Source: Candidatus Omnitrophota bacterium (GTDB taxonomy: Bacteria; Omnitrophota; Gorgyraeia; Tantalellales; Tantalellaceae). Taken from it: 64,000 nucleotides of DNA. The translations under genes were made by a program, and so were the position numbers. Under the pieces are notes generated by a model. It was not told the origin of the DNA. It ran no database searches and saw nothing but the letters and a program-made list of their open reading frames with translations. Location: contig JAJRVD010000025.1 of NCBI GenBank assembly GCA_024277375.1, positions 19,846 through 83,845 on the forward strand, read 5' to 3'. Each line of letters begins with the position of its first letter. The stretch's first letter is position 1. Of this stretch, positions 55,530-64,000 are shown one piece after another.

Positions 55530-56660
55530 TTAACCTTTATAAATTCTTGGGACACGGTCGGTTATGGCGGAAAGGATCTCGTATGGAATGGTTCCGGCAA
55601 GTTTGGCTATTCTTTCGATGGATATTTCCGAAGTGCCCTGCTTGCCGATAAGGACGACTTCGTCGCCGACTTTTACGTTCTCAATATGACCCACATCCAG
55701 AAGAGCCTGATCCATGGTCACCATGCCAACTACCCTGGCATGCTGTCCCTTTAAAAGGGCCTCGGCTTTATTGGAAAGGATTCTACCATAACCGTCAGCA
55801 TAGCCTATCGGTATCGTAGCTATCTTTGTGTTTTTTTGCGTTATATATGTCCGGCCGTAGCTTATAGCACGACCGGAAGGGGTCTCCTTGAGGTGTACTA
55901 TTTTGGTCTTAAGATTCATCGCGGGACGCAGGTGAAACCTCCCGCGAAAATTTTCTTTAGGATACACACCATACAAAAGTATCCCTGTCCTTACAAGATT
56001 TAGATGGGAGCCCCTCCAATAAATAACAGCAATACTATTAGCCGCGTGTTTGTATTTAATCTCGATCCCTTCGGCATCTATGACATCGAGGACCTTACGA
56101 AAAGAATTGATCTGCAGATTTGTTGTTTTCCTGTCACGCGCGGCTGAGGAAAAATGAGTGTATATTCCCTCGATGTCTATATCTTCAGAGGAATGAACTT
56201 TTTTGATAAATTCAAGCGCTTCCTCATGCCACACACCTATACGTCCCATCCCTGTATCTATTTTAAGATGCACCTTAGGGCGCGCCGTTATTTCTTTTGC
56301 CAGCTTTATGATTATCCGGAATAGCTCCTGATCACATAATGTCAGTGTGATATCATGCATTACAGCAGCTTTAGCTTCTTCGCGGAGCACTGAACCGAGA
56401 ACAAGTACAGGTGCTAATATCCCGGAAGACCTTAGAGACAAAGCTTCATCAACGGTCGCCACGCCTAGATAATCGACCCCGCCTTCGCTTAATACACGGC
56501 CGATCCGATCAATACCATGGCCGTAAGCGTTTGCTTTAACAACGGCCATTATCCCTGTGTTTTTGTCAATATGGTCGCGGATACACCCCAGGTTATACCT
56601 GACAGCATCCAAGTCTACTTCCGCCCATGTCGGCCTGTAATTTTTGTTTATTGTGTTCAT
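55530..56660 (-). CDS. alr: alanine racemase
   Basis: PLP-binding VVKANAYGHG motif and full Alr homology; start at MNTINKNYRPTWAEVDL (ATG 56658-56660); the ORF track extends to 56705. Confidence 0.9.
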   Translation of the reverse strand: MNTINKNYRPTWAEVDLDAVRYNLGCIRDHIDKNTGIMAVVKANAYGHGIDRIGRVLSEGGVDYLGVATVDEALSLRSSGILAPVLVLGSVLREEAKAAVMHDITLTLCDQELFRIIIKLAKEITARPKVHLKIDTGMGRIGVWHEEALEFIKKVHSSEDIDIEGIYTHFSSAARDRKTTNLQINSFRKVLDVIDAEGIEIKYKHAANSIAVIYWRGSHLNLVRTGILLYGVYPKENFRGRFHLRPAMNLKTKIVHLKETPSGRAISYGRTYITQKNTKIATIPIGYADGYGRILSNKAEALLKGQHARVVGMVTMDQALLDVGHIENVKVGDEVVLIGKQGTSEISIERIAKLAGTIPYEILSAITDRVPRIYKG

Positions 56661-56673
56661 TGTGTTTGTTGCG

Positions 56674-57081
56674 TTATACGTCCCATACCGACCAGCTCCC
56701 TCCACCCACCAATATCAAGGGAATGCAGGAACTTAATACGAGTAAATTATACTCGATCTCCGCTGATTGCACGAAAGAACCGTAGACAATATTTACCTTC
56801 CATATACGGATAAACGTAACAAGAACTATGCCTACGGCGGCTCCTCTTGCCGATATCCCCAGAACAAGAAAAATACCGCCAATAAATTCTATACCCGCCC
56901 ATACCAACGCCAGAATATGAGGATTGGAGAATCCAAGCCCTTCAACCATCTTTGTCATACCTTCGATCCCAATGCCGCCAAACATCCCGAACATTTTTTG
57001 CGCGCCATGGACCACAAAGATCGAACCCACTATTATCCTCAGCATGAGCATCGCAAGATTAAACGCATTGTCTCTCTCCAC
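56674..57081 (-). CDS. DoxX-family membrane protein
   Basis: 135 aa; four predicted TM helices; DoxX-like N-terminus (LRIIVGSIFVVHGAQK). Confidence 0.65.
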   Translation of the reverse strand: MERDNAFNLAMLMLRIIVGSIFVVHGAQKMFGMFGGIGIEGMTKMVEGLGFSNPHILALVWAGIEFIGGIFLVLGISARGAAVGIVLVTFIRIWKVNIVYGSFVQSAEIEYNLLVLSSCIPLILVGGGSWSVWDV

Positions 57082-57235
57082 TTATCCCCCCTTTGTATCT
57101 GTTCCATTTTAACGCAATCGAAAGCAAAATCAAGATTATTCATAAAAAGTGAATGTATTTGACCAAAAAAAGTGTCTTATACTAATGAGAGGGGGTATCG
57201 CAGAAGTCAGGAGTCAGAATGATAAAGGGGAACAT

Positions 57236-57904
57236 ATGCTACAACTCAAAATTATCACATCGGCCATTATTAACGTTTTGTTTCCCGCGGAGTGTCCCGC
57301 GTGCAAAACCCGATCGGCCAAGTTTCCTGTGCCAATCTGTGAGAGATGCACACAGGATATCTCATCAAGTTCGTCGCTACCATCTACTTCGTCTTTTTAC
57401 CTTGCGAAGATACTCTCCTGCCGCCCGTATGATGGGACACTCAAACAATGTATCCGACAATTTAAATACCATCGAACAGAACGAATGATACTCGTCTTTG
57501 ATGAACTCATCAAAAAAACATACCTGAAAAATAAACATTCACTTAACGACATAGACATCATTGTCCCCGTTCCAATTAACAAACACAAAAAACGTCTGCG
57601 CGGGTTTAACCAAGCTGAGATACTAGCGCAGGTACTTGGTAACACCCTTTCACTACCGGTACCTTCCGCCAACCTTAAAAAAATAAAAAAAACTATCCCC
57701 CAGGCCGGACTCTCAAAAGAAAAACGTATTAACAATTTAATAAAAGCATTCTCTATTCGGGAACCACTTCTAATAAAGGAAAAACACATATTGTTAGTGG
57801 ATGACGTTATGACAACGGGAGCGACACTTGACACTTGTGCCAAGGAACTTTTAAAGGCCGGAGCAAAATCAGTCACTGGCTTTACGCTGGCGAGAACGTT
57901 ATAG
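57236..57904 (+). CDS. comFC: ComF-family phosphoribosyltransferase-domain protein
   Basis: The only plus-strand gene; N-terminal CxxC...CxxC zinc finger; C-terminal PRTase motif LLVDDVMTTGATL; start at the internal ATG (MLQLKII). Confidence 0.7.
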   Translation: MLQLKIITSAIINVLFPAECPACKTRSAKFPVPICERCTQDISSSSSLPSTSSFYLAKILSCRPYDGTLKQCIRQFKYHRTERMILVFDELIKKTYLKNKHSLNDIDIIVPVPINKHKKRLRGFNQAEILAQVLGNTLSLPVPSANLKKIKKTIPQAGLSKEKRINNLIKAFSIREPLLIKEKHILLVDDVMTTGATLDTCAKELLKAGAKSVTGFTLARTL

Positions 57905-57960
57905 ACGTGAAGACCGGATATATCCCGCACAGGCCATCGATGAGCGAGAAAGCTTGGTCT

Positions 57961-57992
57961 TTTAAAAGGGGGACAGTCCCCTTTTTAAAAGT
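57961..57992. terminator. bidirectional rho-independent terminator between convergent comFC and lptG
   Basis: TTTTAAAAGGGG-GACAGT-CCCCTTTTTAAAAGTTTT: 8-bp stem flanked by A/T runs on both strands. Confidence 0.75.
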
Positions 57993-58076
57993 TTTGAGCG
58001 AATCGTCGAGTGAGGTTTTCCGATGGATAAAACCGGACGTGCCTGATAGGGATATATTCGGTATTTGTTATATGGA

Positions 58077-59165
58077 CTAACTCTTCTTATTCACAAAATA
58101 CGCGCCGCAAACAGCGAAACAGACATTACTTAGCCATGCCGCTGCAACGGGAGGAAGGGTTCCGCCTTTACCCAACGCGAGACTTATCGCGGCAACCGGC
58201 AAATATAACATGGCTATCGCGATACCCCTTACCATACCGATCAACGGAGAAGCCCGGCCCGTCTCTATACTGAACGGAACACCCATCAGAACGGTAATAA
58301 GCGCGGTAAAAGGAAATGCCAGCTTATAGTTCAGATCCACTAAAAGCCGCCGCACAGTCTCGGGAGACGCTATATTAAAAACCTCTAAATATTTCTTAAG
58401 CTGGCGATAGCTCATAAATTTCGGATCCCACTGGTTATTCGCGAAATACGCCGGTTCTTCCTCAATATCAATATTCTTTCGTTTATAGTTTTCGGGATCC
58501 TTCGAAAAGGTACCGTCAGGAGATATTTTAAAGATAAGAACATCCACCCCCTGCCAGATCCCATTACCTTGCCATTTCACAAGACGTGAATTGATCTTCT
58601 CTATCACGCGATGATCCTTATCCTGCCTGTGAATTATCACGTCTTCCATAACATCTGTATGGCGATTATATGATTTAGCGAATATTATCTGGTTGCCTTT
58701 AGCATACACGGTAAGGTTACGTATCCTCGCGCCTTTTTTCTCGCCTTCTCGTTCAAGTTCTTCATTCCTTATCCTGTTGGCCTTCCCCATAGCGGTAGGA
58801 ACAAACCTCTCGTTTATAATAAGCGTGAACAGACAAATGATAAACGTCGACAAAAGTATTGGCCTCAGGAGTTTCCAGAGACTTAACCCGCTGGTTATAA
58901 CGGCGGTTACTTCGTGGTTCTTACTTAAAGAGTTGAATACATACACCGCGCTTAAAAGAGCGGCAAACGGAACCATATTGACGAACGCGAACGGCGCCAG
59001 ATAAAAATAAAAAGACAGGATACTGACAAGAGATATGCCGTTTTTTAATATGTCGTCCAGAAAACCCAAGACATCACCGATGATCCCCAGAACCATAAGC
59101 AGCGTTATGCAGAAGAAAAACGCGGAGAGAAAGCCTTTAACAACGTATTTTTCTAAAATTCTCAT
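58077..59165 (-). CDS. lptG: LPS export ABC transporter permease LptG
   Basis: YjgP/YjgQ family; 6 TM helices plus periplasmic beta-jellyroll. Start at MRILEKYV, overlapping the lptF stop by 4 nt (ATGA); the ORF-track start is 59240. Confidence 0.85.
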   Translation of the reverse strand: MRILEKYVVKGFLSAFFFCITLLMVLGIIGDVLGFLDDILKNGISLVSILSFYFYLAPFAFVNMVPFAALLSAVYVFNSLSKNHEVTAVITSGLSLWKLLRPILLSTFIICLFTLIINERFVPTAMGKANRIRNEELEREGEKKGARIRNLTVYAKGNQIIFAKSYNRHTDVMEDVIIHRQDKDHRVIEKINSRLVKWQGNGIWQGVDVLIFKISPDGTFSKDPENYKRKNIDIEEEPAYFANNQWDPKFMSYRQLKKYLEVFNIASPETVRRLLVDLNYKLAFPFTALITVLMGVPFSIETGRASPLIGMVRGIAIAMLYLPVAAISLALGKGGTLPPVAAAWLSNVCFAVCGAYFVNKKS

Positions 59166-60256
59166 TTCTTTGCTATCCGGTAGAACGCGAAAAGGCTTAA
59201 CAGGAACAATAAAATATTTGCCGACCACACACCCGTCCATGCGGGAACAAGACCCCTTATGGCAAAGGCTATACCTCCCAGCATAATTCCCCAGTATACC
59301 ATAAAGAGTGCCATGGCAAGCCCAAAACCTATAAATTTCTCACGACGGTGAGTCGTTATCGCCAACGGGATACCTATCATTACAAAAACAAAATTAGAAA
59401 AAGCTAACGCGAGTTTTTTGTGCAATTCTATCCGTAGAGGCATAGCGTTTATCTCATCCGTTTTGAGCTCGTCAATATCAGCCAAAAGCTCTTTTATGCT
59501 TTTCTCCCTGGCCTTCTTTTGGATATCATTTACATTAACGGTTTTCTCCAAATTCAGCGTCATGAAATATTCCTTTAAAGATAACTTATAAAACTCGTTC
59601 GGTTTCTCCGGCACTATTTCATCTGCCGTTCCGTCAACAAGCTTTAGTTTTATACTGTTTTCTTCCGGCATAGGAATTATCTCTCCCGAGCGCGCTACTA
59701 TTGTTCGGGTTGGCTTATTTTCTCTGGGTTGATAAATACGAATATTTTCAAGCTTGTTGCCTTTTATGTCGTTCACAAAAAGTATATAATCCTTGAACCC
59801 CTTAACAAATACACCCGGCTCAAGCATGGCGGCAGGATGTTTAATGCCCAGGCTTTTCACCAGTTTTCTTGCCTCGAATTCAGCCTGTGGTAATATTCTA
59901 TCATTTAGCGGCACACTCATAAGGCTTATGATAAATCCACACATAATAACGGGAAACACTATCTTATAAATACTTATACCGCTTGTCCTTAATGCGGTTA
60001 CTTCATTATCGCTCGAGAGCCTACCGAACCCGAGAAGCACCGCGGAAAGCACTGATATCGGGATTGTAAAGATAAGAACATAAGGAAGGAACAACAAAAA
60101 TATTTTAAGGACCTGCATGAGCTCTACACCTTTATTTACTACCATGTCAGCGGTCTGAATAATATTTCCCGCGGCAAGAATAATGGTTGAAATAAATAGA
60201 GCAGCTAAAAAGGGACCACCGAGCTCTTTAAGGGTGTATCTTACTATGACTCTCAT
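59162..60256 (-). CDS. lptF: LPS export ABC transporter permease LptF
   Basis: 364 aa; YjgP/YjgQ family; paired with lptG. Confidence 0.85.
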   Translation of the reverse strand: MRVIVRYTLKELGGPFLAALFISTIILAAGNIIQTADMVVNKGVELMQVLKIFLLFLPYVLIFTIPISVLSAVLLGFGRLSSDNEVTALRTSGISIYKIVFPVIMCGFIISLMSVPLNDRILPQAEFEARKLVKSLGIKHPAAMLEPGVFVKGFKDYILFVNDIKGNKLENIRIYQPRENKPTRTIVARSGEIIPMPEENSIKLKLVDGTADEIVPEKPNEFYKLSLKEYFMTLNLEKTVNVNDIQKKAREKSIKELLADIDELKTDEINAMPLRIELHKKLALAFSNFVFVMIGIPLAITTHRREKFIGFGLAMALFMVYWGIMLGGIAFAIRGLVPAWTGVWSANILLFLLSLFAFYRIAKK

Positions 60257-60289
60257 GATTTAGTATTACCTCGTAATGACGAACGTCAG

Positions 60290-61273
60290 TTACGTTGCTA
60301 AAAGTTTCGTCAAAGAATAAAGCTCCTCATACAACTTCATATCTCTATCCGCGTCATAACAAGCTTTGTCATAACGCACAAGCTGTAATTTGTTCCCCTG
60401 GATGCTGACCATAGCTCCGGAATGCCCCTTAATTAAAGCATCTATGGAATACGCTCCCATCCTAGACGCGAGTATTCTGTCCGGAGCATTCGGGGCGCCG
60501 CCTCTCTGAACGTGCCCGAGAGTTACAGCTCTTACCTCATACCCGGTTTTATCTTTTAATTTGTTGGTTATATCCTCGGACGTAGAAACCCCTTCGGAAA
60601 CTATAAGTATCCAGCTTTTTTTGCCTTTTTTTGATCCTTCTTCTATCTCAGAAGCGATCTTATCCAGATCAATAACCCCTCCCGGGAACAAAACCTCTTC
60701 AGCGCCACCCGCCAAACCTGCCATAATCGCGATATATGGCTCTTCCCGGCCCATCACCTCCATGACATAGATCCGTTCCATACTGGTTACGGTATCACGT
60801 ATTTTGTCAACAGCATCCAATACTGTATCTATCGAAGTATGTGCTCCGACCGTATAATCGGTATACCCGAGGTCATTGTCGATAGTTCCGGGGACACCTA
60901 TGCTGGTTATCCCCCAAGTGTCATGTAATACATGCGCGCCTTTAAATGATCCGTTGCCGCCTATAATAACAAGAGCGTCTATCTCGTTTTTCTCAATTGT
61001 CTCGACTGCCTTTTTCTGGCCCTCTTTTGTTATAAATTCCTTTGACCTGGCGGTTTTAAGTATAGTTCCTCCACGGGAAAGAATATTACTCACGCTACGG
61101 GAATTCATACCGATACACTTATCGTTTATCAATCCCTCATACCCTTCCATTATCCCGAGGACTTCTATACCTTCAAACACGGCCTTACGGACAACACTTC
61201 TTATCGCCGCGTTCATTCCCGGGGAATCGCCACCGGAAGTCAGCACACCAATTTTTTTGATATTTTTTTTCAT
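60290..61273 (-). CDS. pfkA: ATP-dependent 6-phosphofructokinase
   Basis: PfkA motifs (GVLTSGGDSPGMNAAIR, GGNGS, TIDND). Start at MKKNIKKIGVL (ATG 61271-61273); the ORF-track extension covers repeats. Confidence 0.9.
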   Translation of the reverse strand: MKKNIKKIGVLTSGGDSPGMNAAIRSVVRKAVFEGIEVLGIMEGYEGLINDKCIGMNSRSVSNILSRGGTILKTARSKEFITKEGQKKAVETIEKNEIDALVIIGGNGSFKGAHVLHDTWGITSIGVPGTIDNDLGYTDYTVGAHTSIDTVLDAVDKIRDTVTSMERIYVMEVMGREEPYIAIMAGLAGGAEEVLFPGGVIDLDKIASEIEEGSKKGKKSWILIVSEGVSTSEDITNKLKDKTGYEVRAVTLGHVQRGGAPNAPDRILASRMGAYSIDALIKGHSGAMVSIQGNKLQLVRYDKACYDADRDMKLYEELYSLTKLLAT

Positions 61274-61291
61274 AATATTTTCTTTTTTTTT

Positions 61292-61338
61292 AGAGATCCT
61301 TCGACTTTGTGCCCTTCGGGCACTCCGCTCAGGATGAC
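61292..61338 (-). repeat. type-2 GC-rich repeat, solo copy
   Basis: AGAGATCCTTCGACTTTGTGCCCTTCGGGCACTCCGCTCAGGATGAC with an internal GTGCCC-TTCG-GGGCAC hairpin; lies upstream of pfkA. Confidence 0.7.
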
Positions 61339-61351
61339 ATTTATTTTGTGT

Positions 61352-61385
61352 GCCGCCCATCGCCAAAGGCGATACGGCTCCTACG
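61352..61385 (-). repeat. type-4 repeat copy (partial)
   Basis: GCCGCCCATCGCCAAAGGCGATACGGCTCCTACG upstream of pfkA. Confidence 0.6.
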
Positions 61386-61453
61386 TCACACATCACTCTT
61401 CACGTATCACATCTTACTTCTCATAGTCGATGGACCATTGACTATGGACTAGC

Positions 61454-62869
61454 CTAATATCTATAGTGTTCCGGTTTATAAGGACCTTCAACAGGGATTC
61501 CTAAATAATCGGATTGTCCCTTGGAAAGTTTTGTGAGTTTCACTCCGATCTTGTCCAGATGAAGTCTGGCAACTTCCTCATCAAGCTCTTTGGACAATCT
61601 ATAAACTTTATTCTCGTATTTACCCTGATTTTCCCAAAGATCTATCTGTGCCAGAACCTGATTTGTAAAAGAGTTCGACATAACAAAAGAAGGATGCCCC
61701 GTAGCGCAACCCAGGTTGACCAGACGTCCCTCCGCCAGAAGATATATTTCTTTACCGTCCGGGAAGATATACTTATCTACCTGCGGTTTGATGTTTACCT
61801 TTTTTATGCCGGGGTACGCTTCAAGACCCGCGACCTCTATTTCGTTATCGAAGTGTCCTATATTACACACGATGGCCTGGTCTTTCATTTTTGCCATATG
61901 TTCAGCCGTAAGAACATCGCGATTTCCGGTTGCGGTAACATAAATATCACCTACACCAAGTGTATCTTCCACGGTCGCGACCTCATAACCTTCCATAGCC
62001 GCCTGCAAAGCACATATAGGATCGATCTCGGTTGTTATAACACGAGCTCCTAAGCTTCGTAACGACTGGGCAGAACCTTTACCCACATCACCATACCCGC
62101 ACACAACGGCTACCTTACCGGCAAGCATAACGTCCATAGCTCTTTTCAGTCCATCACCAAGTGACTCACGACAACCGTACAAATTATCAAATTTGGATTT
62201 CGTAACAGAGTCATTCACATTGATGGCCGGCACCAAAAGCTCTTTCTTCTCCATCATCTGATATAAACGATGTACTCCGGTAGTCGTCTCCTCTGACACA
62301 CCTTTCCATTCGTCAAGCATATTTGTCCACTTGCTCAGATTAACTTTCTGAATTTTCTTAAGGAGCCTGAAAAGCTCCACCTCATCCTCACCGCCTGGAG
62401 TTTTATCAAGCACCGATTTATCTTTTTCGGCACTGGCTCCAAGATGTATCATAAGTGTCGCATCTCCGCCATCATCCACTATAAGCTGAGGCCCTTTATC
62501 CCCGGCAAATGTCAATGCCTGGTCCGTACACCACCAAAACTCTTCAAGCGTTTCACCTTTCCACGCAAATACCGGAACTCCACTTTTAGCAATCGCGGCA
62601 GCCGCATGGTCCTGAGTAGAAAATATGTTACAGCTCGCCCATCTGACTTCAGCCCCCAAAGCAACAAGTGTTTCAATTAGCACCGCTGTCTGTATGGTCA
62701 TATGCAATGAGCCCATTATCCGTACGCCCGAAAGTGGTTTTTTAGAAGCATATTTTTCCCGTATGGCTATAAGACCCGGCATTTCATGCTCGGCGACAGA
62801 TATTTCTTTCCTGCCATAATCTGCAAGACTCATGTCTTTAACTTTGTAGTCCCGCACTGAAGTAGACAT
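61454..62869 (-). CDS. ahcY: adenosylhomocysteinase
   Basis: 471 aa; SAHH family with an NAD-binding Rossmann motif (GYGDVGKG). Confidence 0.95.
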   Translation of the reverse strand: MSTSVRDYKVKDMSLADYGRKEISVAEHEMPGLIAIREKYASKKPLSGVRIMGSLHMTIQTAVLIETLVALGAEVRWASCNIFSTQDHAAAAIAKSGVPVFAWKGETLEEFWWCTDQALTFAGDKGPQLIVDDGGDATLMIHLGASAEKDKSVLDKTPGGEDEVELFRLLKKIQKVNLSKWTNMLDEWKGVSEETTTGVHRLYQMMEKKELLVPAINVNDSVTKSKFDNLYGCRESLGDGLKRAMDVMLAGKVAVVCGYGDVGKGSAQSLRSLGARVITTEIDPICALQAAMEGYEVATVEDTLGVGDIYVTATGNRDVLTAEHMAKMKDQAIVCNIGHFDNEIEVAGLEAYPGIKKVNIKPQVDKYIFPDGKEIYLLAEGRLVNLGCATGHPSFVMSNSFTNQVLAQIDLWENQGKYENKVYRLSKELDEEVARLHLDKIGVKLTKLSKGQSDYLGIPVEGPYKPEHYRY

Positions 62870-62892
62870 TTTCCCCCTTTTTTTGATTTGAT

Positions 62893-62918
62893 AGGGGCAC
62901 GGCGCGCCGTGCCCCTAC
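62893..62918. repeat. REP-like palindrome type 3a variant
   Basis: TAGGGGCACGGCGCGCCGTGCCCCTA between ahcY and metK. Confidence 0.75.
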
Positions 62919-62936
62919 GTACTTGTATCCCGATTA

Positions 62937-64000
62937 TCACGCTTTCGCCGTTGATCTGCTCTTAAGCACTTCGGCCATATCTGTTTCTTCCCAGGTAAAG
63001 CCTTCCTCGTTCCTGCCGAAATGACCGTAAGCAGCTGTCTTCCTGAAAATAGGCCTTCTTAGTCTTAATTTTTCTATTATGCCGCCGGGTGTCAGGTCAA
63101 AAGTTTCCCTTGCCAGCTTCACAATATTTTTTTCAGACAGTTTGCCCGTCCCGAAAGTATTGACCATAACACTTACCGGTTCCGCAACCCCTATGGCATA
63201 CGCGAGCTGTACTTCACATTTGTTAGCCATGCCTGACGCGACGATATTTTTCGCGACATAACGCGCCATATACGAAGCGGATCGGTCAACCTTTGTAGCA
63301 TCCTTACCGCTAAAACACCCGCCGCCATGGCTCCCTACACCTCCGTAGGTATCAACTATTATTTTTCTTCCGGTAACACCTGTATCACCCTGGGGACCGC
63401 CTACTTCGAATCTTCCGGTAGGATTAATGTATATTTTAGTATCCCCATCCATCAAGTCCGCCGGAACGATCTCGTGTATTACCAAGTTCTTCATATCCTC
63501 ATAAATCTCTTTCATATCGGTTTTATGATCATGGTGCGCGCTTATGACGATCGCGTCAACTCTCTTTGGGGCGCCATCAACGTACTCTACTGTTACCTGG
63601 CTTTTGCCATCAGGACGCAGATAATTCACAAGACCTTCTTTTCTGATCTTCGCAAGTCGCCTGGTAAGAGCATGCGCCAAAGTTATAGGCATTGGCATAA
63701 GAGTTTTGGTCTCATCAGTGGCATAACCAAACATCATACCCTGGTCACCCGCGCCTCCTGTATCAACACCCATCGCTATGTCCGGAGACTGCCCCTGTAT
63801 GGATGTGATAACCCCACATGTCTCGTAATCAAAACCGTAATCAGCGTGTGTATACCCTATACTTTTAATGGTTTCCCGTATAACTTTATGGATGTCGACG
63901 TAACAGGAAGTCGTTATCTCCCCTGCAACAAGCGCGAGGCCCGTCGTCACCATCGTCTCACAGGCGACTCTTCCGGACGGATCCTCTTTCAATATCTCAT
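62937..64000 (-). CDS. metK: S-adenosylmethionine synthetase (N-terminal part runs past the window end)
   Basis: MetK C-terminal and central domains (GGGAFSGKD, DRSAAY); the ORF continues past position 64000. Confidence 0.93.
   Translation of the reverse strand, partial: EILKEDPSGRVACETMVTTGLALVAGEITTSCYVDIHKVIRETIKSIGYTHADYGFDYETCGVITSIQGQSPDIAMGVDTGGAGDQGMMFGYATDETKTLMPMPITLAHALTRRLAKIRKEGLVNYLRPDGKSQVTVEYVDGAPKRVDAIVISAHHDHKTDMKEIYEDMKNLVIHEIVPADLMDGDTKIYINPTGRFEVGGPQGDTGVTGRKIIVDTYGGVGSHGGGCFSGKDATKVDRSASYMARYVAKNIVASGMANKCEVQLAYAIGVAEPVSVMVNTFGTGKLSEKNIVKLARETFDLTPGGIIEKLRLRRPIFRKTAAYGHFGRNEEGFTWEETDMAEVLKSRSTAKA

Overview
This is a 64 kb chromosomal window from a Gram-negative (diderm) bacterium of unidentified lineage, with mid-range GC content. 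Of 54 protein-coding genes, 53 lie on the minus strand; only comFC is on the plus strand. The gene content is housekeeping: uppS-cdsA-dxr-rseP, purA, serA plus a class-V aminotransferase, tig-clpP, hpf, a very large LPS/lipid A block (lptC/A-lptB, two lpxL paralogs, kdsC-kdsD-kdsA-kdsB, a heptose kinase, three GT9 heptosyltransferases, GT4 glycosyltransferases, lpxK, waaA, lptF-lptG), queD-queC-queE-queF, xerC/D-topA-dprA, aroK/aroC/aroE, pilD, leuA-ilvC-ilvH-ilvB, a giant ~1,600-1,900-aa hypothetical protein, alr, pfkA, ahcY and metK. No rRNA, tRNA or CRISPR array was recognised. The most striking feature is the intergenic space: a roughly 125-220 bp MITE-like element with a double-hairpin core (GTAGGGG...CCCCTAC), inverted arms and apparent target-site duplications occurs 16 times, about once per 4 kb, often splitting classical operons. 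At least four smaller GC-rich palindromic or repeat families accompany it. The second anomaly is that three conserved genes (tig, aroC, aroE) and probably the giant ORF each carry one clean in-frame stop codon (TAG, TAG, TAA, TAA) inside otherwise uninterrupted, well-aligned coding sequence. Several unusual domain fusions are also present: AroK-PAS-HD-GYP, LpxL-ELM1, GT4-GT9 and LptC-LptA.
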